Of a DNA stretch of 49,127 nt, positions 36,503 through 43,088 are shown one piece after another; position 1 is the stretch's first letter; every line of letters starts with the position of its first letter. Position numbers and translations under genes: made by a program. Source of the DNA: an uncultured bacterium (GTDB taxonomy: Bacteria; Pseudomonadota; Gammaproteobacteria; GCA-001735895); contig CBDUSZ010000001.1 of the NCBI GenBank assembly GCA_965370015.1, forward strand, positions 1 through 49,127, read 5' to 3'. The notes under the pieces are model-generated. The model made no database searches. It was given only the letters and a program-made list of their open reading frames with translations, and had not been told where the DNA came from.

Positions 36503-37587
36503 CCATACCCATGGTTGACCTAAAAGGTCAATATGAAAATCTGAAATCTGAAATTGACCCGGCATTGCTGCAGGCTCTGTCTGAGTCACATTTTATACTC
36601 GGCCCGAATGTTCTGGCGTTTGAGCAGGAAGTGGCCGACTACCTCGGAGTCAAGCACGCGCTTGGATGCGCGTCTGGCACCGATGCATTACACCTGGCTT
36701 TGCTCGCTGCAGGAATCAGGTCCGGTGATGAAATCATTACCACAGCATTCACGTTTATCGCCACAGCCGAAGCCATTCGATATATCGGCGCAAGCCCGGT
36801 GTTTGTCGATATCCAGGCCGATACTATGAATATCGATCCACAGAAAGTGAAAGCCGCGGTTACCGACAGGACCCGCGCAATCCTGCCAGTACATCTGTTC
36901 GGCCAGGCCACAGACATGGATGAATTACAGGCAATCGCGCAGCAGCATGACTTATTGATTATCGAAGACTGCGCGCAATCATTTGGCAGTCGATACCGTG
37001 GACGAATGACCGGCACCATTGGCCAGGCGGGTGCGTTCAGTTTTTTCCCAAGCAAGAATCTTGGTTGTTATGGCGACGGCGGTTTGATATCCACCAATGA
37101 TGATGAAATCGCGCAGCAGATTCGAGTATATCGCAATCACGGCAGCAGCCACCAGTACCATCACGATGTGATCGGTTACAACAGTAGATTAGATGAACTG
37201 CAGGCAGTAATTCTGCGCACCAAACTGAAACATATCGATGAGTTCAATCAAAATCGCTTACGCGTGGCGCAGGCTTACAATCGACTGCTTGCAGATACTG
37301 AACTCGAGCTTCCAGTGATTCCTGATGACCGGGATCATGTGTTCCATCAATACACATTATTAACTGACAATCGTGACCAGCTTCGAGACTCGGTGATCTC
37401 GCAAAAAATTGGCTGCGCGGTTTATTACCCGATTCCACTGCATCGTCAAAAGGCACTTGCTGATACCAAAACCCCGGCACTGCCAGTTACCGAGTCCGTT
37501 TCTCAACGATGCCTGTCGTTTCCAATCTTTCCCGAGATGACCGATCAGCAAGTTCAAGCTGTTTGTAAAGCGATATTAGACGCCTGA
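36499..37587 (+). CDS. DegT/DnrJ/EryC1-family PLP-dependent sugar aminotransferase (GnnB-like candidate)
   Basis: Shows ...FILGPNVLAFEQEVADYLG...GTDALHLAL...FSFFPSKNLGCYGDGG... with the PLP lysine in the SKNL context. ATGA overlap upstream and TGATG overlap with lpxB. Confidence 0.8.
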   Translation: MTIPMVDLKGQYENLKSEIDPALLQALSESHFILGPNVLAFEQEVADYLGVKHALGCASGTDALHLALLAAGIRSGDEIITTAFTFIATAEAIRYIGASPVFVDIQADTMNIDPQKVKAAVTDRTRAILPVHLFGQATDMDELQAIAQQHDLLIIEDCAQSFGSRYRGRMTGTIGQAGAFSFFPSKNLGCYGDGGLISTNDDEIAQQIRVYRNHGSSHQYHHDVIGYNSRLDELQAVILRTKLKHIDEFNQNRLRVAQAYNRLLADTELELPVIPDDRDHVFHQYTLLTDNRDQLRDSVISQKIGCAVYYPIPLHRQKALADTKTPALPVTESVSQRCLSFPIFPEMTDQQVQAVCKAILDA

Positions 37588-38732
37588 TGCCCGCTCCACA
37601 TGTGATGATACTGGCCGGCGAGGCCTCCGGTGATGCCCATGCTGCTGAATTTGTCGACCATATCAAGCAATTAAACCCCGAAATTTACATCAGCGGCATG
37701 GGCACTACCGAAATGAAAAAAGCTGGTGTCGATGTGTTTTTCGACTCGTCAGTCATCGCCGTCATGGGCCTGGTGGAAGTATTGAAACACTGGGGGGATA
37801 TCAAACTCGCGATGAAGATTGTCAGGCGTCAACTCGAAGAGACCCGTCCCGATTTACTGGTATTAGTCGATTACCCCGAATTTAATTTGAAAATGGCGCG
37901 ACATGCCCGGGAACTCGGTATTAAGGTTCTTTTTTATATTAGTCCCACGGTATGGGCCTGGCGCCCTAAGCGTATCCATAAAATTGGGCGTTTAATCGAT
38001 CACATGGCAGTAATTTTTAAATTTGAAAAGGCGTATTATGAGCGTGCAAATATCCCAGTTAGTTTTGTCGGCCACCCACTGGTAGACAAGGTAAAAAGCA
38101 CCCGCTCGAGTGACGAAGCCCGGCAACAACTGGGACTGGATCAAAATGTAACGGTAATTGGTCTGTTCCCGGGAAGCCGTAACAGCGAGATTGACCTGCT
38201 CCTGCCTTTGATGCTTGAAACAGCAAAGCAGATGTACCGGACAAATCCAGAACTGCGTTTTGTTGTTCCGGTCGCTGCGGCCCTGGACTTTGAGGCAATA
38301 AAACGCCAATGCGATCAATCGCAGCTCGAAATCGTATTAACCAGGGACGATATATACAACTTGATCACCTGCTGTGACAGTATTATTTCCTGCTCCGGCA
38401 CTGTAACCCTCGAAATAGCATTACTCGGTGTACCGATGTGTATAGTTTACAAAATGTCGTGGTTGACCTACGCGATCATGAGCCGTTTGATTACGATTCC
38501 TTACGTAGGACTGGTTAATATCGTCGCAGGTAAGCCGGTGGTGCGGGAGTTCCTGCAAAAAGATGCGACAGCCGATAGCATTAGCCGGGAAATGTTGAAA
38601 ATTATCGACGAACAGGCTTATCGCCAACAGATCAAAAAAGACTTGCTGGTAGTGCGAGAAAATCTGGGCGAAGGTGATGGCTCAGGTAAAATGGCAAAAC
38701 TTGTATTATCGTTTCTTGCATCAACAAACTAA
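37587..38732 (+). CDS. lpxB: Lipid-A-disaccharide synthase
   Basis: Shows ...ILAGEASGDAHAAEF..., ...VDYPEFNLKMA... and ...GHPL... motifs characteristic of LpxB. 381 aa. Confidence 0.93.
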   Translation: MPAPHVMILAGEASGDAHAAEFVDHIKQLNPEIYISGMGTTEMKKAGVDVFFDSSVIAVMGLVEVLKHWGDIKLAMKIVRRQLEETRPDLLVLVDYPEFNLKMARHARELGIKVLFYISPTVWAWRPKRIHKIGRLIDHMAVIFKFEKAYYERANIPVSFVGHPLVDKVKSTRSSDEARQQLGLDQNVTVIGLFPGSRNSEIDLLLPLMLETAKQMYRTNPELRFVVPVAAALDFEAIKRQCDQSQLEIVLTRDDIYNLITCCDSIISCSGTVTLEIALLGVPMCIVYKMSWLTYAIMSRLITIPYVGLVNIVAGKPVVREFLQKDATADSISREMLKIIDEQAYRQQIKKDLLVVRENLGEGDGSGKMAKLVLSFLASTN

Positions 38733-38912
38733 GAAACCGCCGATCGACTCATCAATCAGCATCTGGTGGTAATAATACGCCGACAGGGTGATGCGATCCT
38801 ACCCCCGATCAGCGTTAAAATAAGCGCAGGGTTGAATGCGTTCGAGCAATTATTTAACCCGCTTGACCAGGCTATTCGCCGAATGAATTCGGCTCCAGGT
38901 AAAACCTTATTT

Positions 38913-39974
38913 TTATTTATTTGGGCCTTTTTCTACCGGATAGTCGGCATCGACCCAGTTTGGCATGCCGCTATGGCTAATACACACCAGGTGTTCCAAA
39001 CCCTGCAAATTCAGATTCGTAAATGCAGTTTGTGCCCGACGCCCTGAGCGGCAATAAATAAATACTTGCTGGTATTGATTCAATAAATCAATTTGCTCGC
39101 TTTCGGTGCCAAGCGGAATATTGCGACTACCGGGCACATGCGCTTTGGCATACTCCTTCGGCGTACGATTATCCACAATTAAACTATGCTGTGGTAGTGA
39201 CTGCCATACCTGGTACAGGTTATTCATATCAAAATCATGTAGTAAATATCGATGTGGATCGAAATTAATTCCACAACTCATATTAGCGGGAACTGCCTCG
39301 TTAATGTTCTTCGGTAAATCCAGGTTCAGATTGTTCATCAAGTCAACAAATACCTGTTTGGAACGATTACCGCCCAGGCGCGAATTCCAGTTTTTTTCTT
39401 CGCCTATGGTGGAGGATATCCTGCCGTTATAATCGTGCCCCGGATAAACTCGTACCTCATCCCCAAGAGAAAATAATTTAACCGTGATGCTGTCGTACAA
39501 AACAGATGGATCACCGCCCTGAAAATCGGTTCTACCGCAACCTCTAATCAACAGGGTATCACCGGTGAACACCATACCGTCGACGAAGTAGCTGGTGCAG
39601 GCGATTGTATGCCCAGGCGTAGCAATGGCTCTAATCTTGTAATTTCCGAGCCTGAGCTCTTCACCGTCTTTTATCGATATGTCGATGGCCTGAATTCCTG
39701 AGCTTTCTCCAAACACTATCCTGGCGCCAGTAGTCTGACGAATCTTGCCAGCAGATGTCACATGATCGGCGTGAGGGTGAGTTTCTATCGAGTAGAGTAA
39801 CTCAACACCCAACTCGTTGATTATCTGCATATCACGATCAAATAATTCTCGCACAGGATCTATAATCGCGCCTTCCTGAGTTTCCGCATCTATCAGCAAA
39901 TAACTATAGGTACAACTCTCCCGATCGTAGAGTTGTTTCACCATTAATGATGGACGAGTAACAGGAATTGCCAT
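38913..39974 (-). CDS. Metallo-beta-lactamase-fold persulfide dioxygenase fused to a C-terminal rhodanese domain
   Basis: N-terminal ETHE1/GloB-like domain (HPHADHVTSAG, ...ATPGHT..., ...GDTLLIRGCGRTDF...). The C-terminal ~100 aa carry the rhodanese active-site loop CRSGRRA. AAGGAGA lies upstream of the ATG. Confidence 0.78.
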   Translation of the reverse strand: MAIPVTRPSLMVKQLYDRESCTYSYLLIDAETQEGAIIDPVRELFDRDMQIINELGVELLYSIETHPHADHVTSAGKIRQTTGARIVFGESSGIQAIDISIKDGEELRLGNYKIRAIATPGHTIACTSYFVDGMVFTGDTLLIRGCGRTDFQGGDPSVLYDSITVKLFSLGDEVRVYPGHDYNGRISSTIGEEKNWNSRLGGNRSKQVFVDLMNNLNLDLPKNINEAVPANMSCGINFDPHRYLLHDFDMNNLYQVWQSLPQHSLIVDNRTPKEYAKAHVPGSRNIPLGTESEQIDLLNQYQQVFIYCRSGRRAQTAFTNLNLQGLEHLVCISHSGMPNWVDADYPVEKGPNK

Positions 39975-40137
39975 GTTTTAGTTTCTCCTTTAACTTTGCC
40001 TCCGTGCACTTAACTGCAGAAGTAATATCGACCGCGATGGTCGAGGTTGTTTAAAAATATACCAGGTAGAATTCAGTGTATTTATTAATGACTTATTTGC
40101 GTAGCATTTTAAAACTGAATCTATATTATTCCGCCCC

Positions 40138-40740
40138 ATGAACTTCGAATACTACATAGACCTGGTACGGACAAATAAATTCATTTTGCCAGTATCGATT
40201 TTAGTGCTACTTATAATCTTCATTTTGATTATTAACTGGAGAAATTTACGTAGTCAATGGTTTGAATGGCGTACCCGTCGTTGTCTCAACCAAATCGGTA
40301 TCAAACAGTTGAAAAATGTCATCTGCGCCGATGGACTCGATGGTAACTTCAAAATTGACCGGCTGGTAATGCTGCACAATTCGATACTGTTAATTGCGTT
40401 TAAACCCTATTCGGGAAACATATATTGTGCTGAAGGCATACCCGAATGGACTCAGCTAATTGATCAAAAAAGCTACAAATTTTCTAACCCGCTTTACGAA
40501 CTGGAAAACCAGGTCGTTGCGATACAGAACCTGGTGCCGAAAGTAACTGTTCGTGGCATGCTATTTTTTGATCACAGCGCCACATTTCCCAGGGGACATC
40601 CAGACACTGTCATGCATCCGGGAAATATTCCCGAATTTTTTCTGCGATCAGATTGTCCTGAACCCCAGCTTGATATAATGCAGTCGTGGAAAACGCTCCT
40701 GGAACTGCCGCCAGCAGGCAATCAATCGGCTGTCGCATAA
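40138..40740 (+). CDS. Membrane-anchored NERD-like domain protein
   Basis: An N-terminal TM helix is followed by a ...FKIDRLVMLHNSILLIAFKPYSGNIY....W......Y.F.NPLYELENQ... pattern resembling the NERD domain. The ExK position reads AFK. Confidence 0.45.
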   Translation: MNFEYYIDLVRTNKFILPVSILVLLIIFILIINWRNLRSQWFEWRTRRCLNQIGIKQLKNVICADGLDGNFKIDRLVMLHNSILLIAFKPYSGNIYCAEGIPEWTQLIDQKSYKFSNPLYELENQVVAIQNLVPKVTVRGMLFFDHSATFPRGHPDTVMHPGNIPEFFLRSDCPEPQLDIMQSWKTLLELPPAGNQSAVA

Positions 40741-40882
40741 AGCTTGAAATGTTTCAGGAGAACAGACAGAATGTCGATGTTACGTTAAAGAGCCAAGTAT
40801 AAAATAATCTGATCACTTGCCTCGAACCTGATCCTCAATCATAAATACAAAATTAAAAACATAAAACTGGAGAGATGCAATA

Positions 40883-41971
40883 ATGAAACGTCGTGATGTA
40901 CTAAAAGGTGGCGCCGCCGCTCTTGCTGGTGCCGCCGCTGTAGTATCCGCACCCGCTATAGCCGCAAAGAGAATCGAAATAACAATGGTTTCGACCTGGC
41001 CTAGAGACTTCCCTGGTCTCGGAACTGGCGCACAAAGATTTGCCGAACGACTGACCGCTATGACAGATGGTCGCATTAAAGTTAATTATTTTGCTTCTGG
41101 TGAACGCGTTAAAGCTTTTGATTCGTTTGACGAAGTCGCTTCTGGCAACGCACAAATGTACCACGCTGCGGACTACTACTGGAAAGGCAAGCACCCGGGA
41201 TGGGCTTATTTTACCGCAGTTCCTTTTGGCATGACTTACACCGAAATCAATGCCTGGATGCAATTTGGGGGCGGTCAGGAGTTACACGATGAGTTAGCTG
41301 CAGGCTATGGCCTGAAATGCCTGCCCTGTGGTAACACAGGTGTCCAGATGGGCGGCTGGTTCCGTAAAGAAATGAATTCAGCATCTGATTTCAAGGGTCT
41401 AAAAATGCGTATACCAGGGCTTGGTGGCGACGTAATTTCGAAACTTGGCGCATCTCCGGTTTCCCTGCCCGGTGGTCAGATTTATGAAAACCTGGTATCG
41501 GGTGCGATCGATGCGACCGAATGGGTAGGTCCCTGGAACGACGCCTTCATGAAATTCTACGAAGCAGCCAAGTATTATTATTACCCTGGGATGCATGAAC
41601 CAGGCGCACAGCTATCACTGGGCATAAACAAGAAATTCTGGGATGGGCTGAACAAGTCCGACCAGGCAATTATCAAGGCTGCGGCAGAAACTGAAAACTC
41701 GGTTATGATGTCCGAGTACAATGCTAAAAATGGTGCTTCACTTGCCAGTCTGATCGCCGATCAAGGTGTCAAGCTGCGTAGTTTTAACGATGATATTTTT
41801 GATAGTTTTGGCGAGGCCGCAGAAGAAGTCTTCGAGGAAGTTCAACAGCACAGTCCTTTCGCCAAGAGGATTCATCAAAGTTTCGTGAATTCACGTAACG
41901 AAGTGGGTGCCTGGGCAAAGATTTCAGACCAGGCCTATGTGCAACAACGTAACCGCGTATTGGGTCTATAA
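40883..41971 (+). CDS. TRAP transporter substrate-binding protein (DctP family) with twin-arginine signal peptide
   Basis: MKRRDVLKGGAAALAGAAAVVSAPAIAA is a Tat-type signal. The ~330-aa mature protein resembles the DctP-type 'mannitol/chloroaromatic' TRAP receptor group. A GGAGAG SD is present. Confidence 0.88.
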   Translation: MKRRDVLKGGAAALAGAAAVVSAPAIAAKRIEITMVSTWPRDFPGLGTGAQRFAERLTAMTDGRIKVNYFASGERVKAFDSFDEVASGNAQMYHAADYYWKGKHPGWAYFTAVPFGMTYTEINAWMQFGGGQELHDELAAGYGLKCLPCGNTGVQMGGWFRKEMNSASDFKGLKMRIPGLGGDVISKLGASPVSLPGGQIYENLVSGAIDATEWVGPWNDAFMKFYEAAKYYYYPGMHEPGAQLSLGINKKFWDGLNKSDQAIIKAAAETENSVMMSEYNAKNGASLASLIADQGVKLRSFNDDIFDSFGEAAEEVFEEVQQHSPFAKRIHQSFVNSRNEVGAWAKISDQAYVQQRNRVLGL

Positions 41972-41998
41972 GCTCCTTCACTGGTGTTAAGGATATAG

Positions 41999-42024
41999 CG
42001 GAGTCTTCGGACTCCGTTTTCTTT
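41999..42024 (+). terminator. Intra-operon hairpin (attenuator/terminator) between the TRAP binding-protein and permease genes
   Basis: CGGAGTC-TTCG-GACTCCG forms a 7-bp stem with a UUCG tetraloop, followed by TTTTCTTT. It lies 28 nt after the dctP-like stop. Confidence 0.6.
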
Positions 42025-42047
42025 CGCCTGATGAAAAATCCACCTAC

Positions 42048-43085
42048 ATGCTTGCCAGTCATCAAATCGCATTAATTAGCCGCGGTCTGGCCTACATGAT
42101 GGTCAGCGCTTTGTTTCTTTATTTAATTAATAATTATCTGGTTTACTGGCAAGATATGCCGGGGACTTTTCAACTGTTGTCGCATTACGGGTTTGCCGGG
42201 CTGGAGACGCTGGATTCACCGCTCGGGGCAAAGCAAATTACCCAGGGCTGGATTCAGTTTGTTTTTTATTTATCTATACTGATCCTGAGCTTTGGTTACG
42301 CGCTCAAGACGACTAACCGCAGTCTGTTGCAGGATTCGGCAAGATTCGCGGCGTTGGTTGCCTATATTATCAGGCTATCTTTCTGGTCGGTATTGCTGAT
42401 TGGCTTTACCGATATGATCATTTCATTATTGAGGGTGGAGAATTTTCTCGAATTCTGGGTGGGTGATCATCTTAAACAACAATTGGGTCGGCCAATTTTT
42501 CGCGGTACCTACGTACATTACCCCCTGATTATGCTATCCGCTTTTCTCGCCGCACGGTTTCGTTCAGTAAGCTTTTCCTGGTTGGCAATCATGGTGGTAC
42601 TGACTGAATTTTCAATCGTCATTACGCGTTTTGTATTTTCATACGAGCAAGTCTATATGGGCGACATTGTTCGTTTCTGGTATGCAGCACTGTTTTTATT
42701 TGCCAGTGCCGCTACCCTGGTAGAAGAAGGACATGTTCGAGTGGATGTGCTTTACGCCGGATTTAGTCGCAGAAAAAAGGCGTGGATTGATACGACCGGA
42801 TGCCTGATGTTCGGTATCCCCATTTGCTGGGTGATCTTGATGCATGGCATGGGCGGTAAGGGCAACAGTATCAATAGCCCTTTACTCAGTTTTGAAATTT
42901 CGCAGAGCGGCTACGGCATGTATGTGAAATATCTAATGGCCGGATTCCTGGTGGTTTTTGCAGTTTCAATGCTGATTCAGTTCGTCAGTTTTCTGTTATT
43001 TAACATAGCCGAATTGACCAATCAGTCAAATGATCCGGAAAGGCCCAGTTACATGCAACTGATCGCTTCCAGCAAATCTGAATAA
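42048..43085 (+). CDS. TRAP transporter small permease (DctQ-like) with ~170-aa N-terminal membrane extension
   Basis: The C-terminal half carries the DctQ hallmark ...EEGHVRVDVLY...RRKKAWID... after two TM helices. About four further hydrophobic helices precede it. 345 aa versus the roughly 160-230 aa I expect for DctQ. Confidence 0.72.
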   Translation: MLASHQIALISRGLAYMMVSALFLYLINNYLVYWQDMPGTFQLLSHYGFAGLETLDSPLGAKQITQGWIQFVFYLSILILSFGYALKTTNRSLLQDSARFAALVAYIIRLSFWSVLLIGFTDMIISLLRVENFLEFWVGDHLKQQLGRPIFRGTYVHYPLIMLSAFLAARFRSVSFSWLAIMVVLTEFSIVITRFVFSYEQVYMGDIVRFWYAALFLFASAATLVEEGHVRVDVLYAGFSRRKKAWIDTTGCLMFGIPICWVILMHGMGGKGNSINSPLLSFEISQSGYGMYVKYLMAGFLVVFAVSMLIQFVSFLLFNIAELTNQSNDPERPSYMQLIASSKSE

Positions 43086-43088
43086 ACC

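Noticed and set aside
38878-38893. GCCGAA-TGAA-TTCGGC hairpin between lpxB and the PDO gene as a bidirectional terminator
   Set aside because: It has only a 6-bp stem and no adjacent T-tract on either strand. That is not enough to call a terminator.
38766-39047. 93-aa plus-strand ORF in and beyond the lpxB/PDO convergent spacer
   Set aside because: Most of it is antisense to the 3' end of the PDO-rhodanese gene. It has a GTG-type start, no SD and no recognisable fold.
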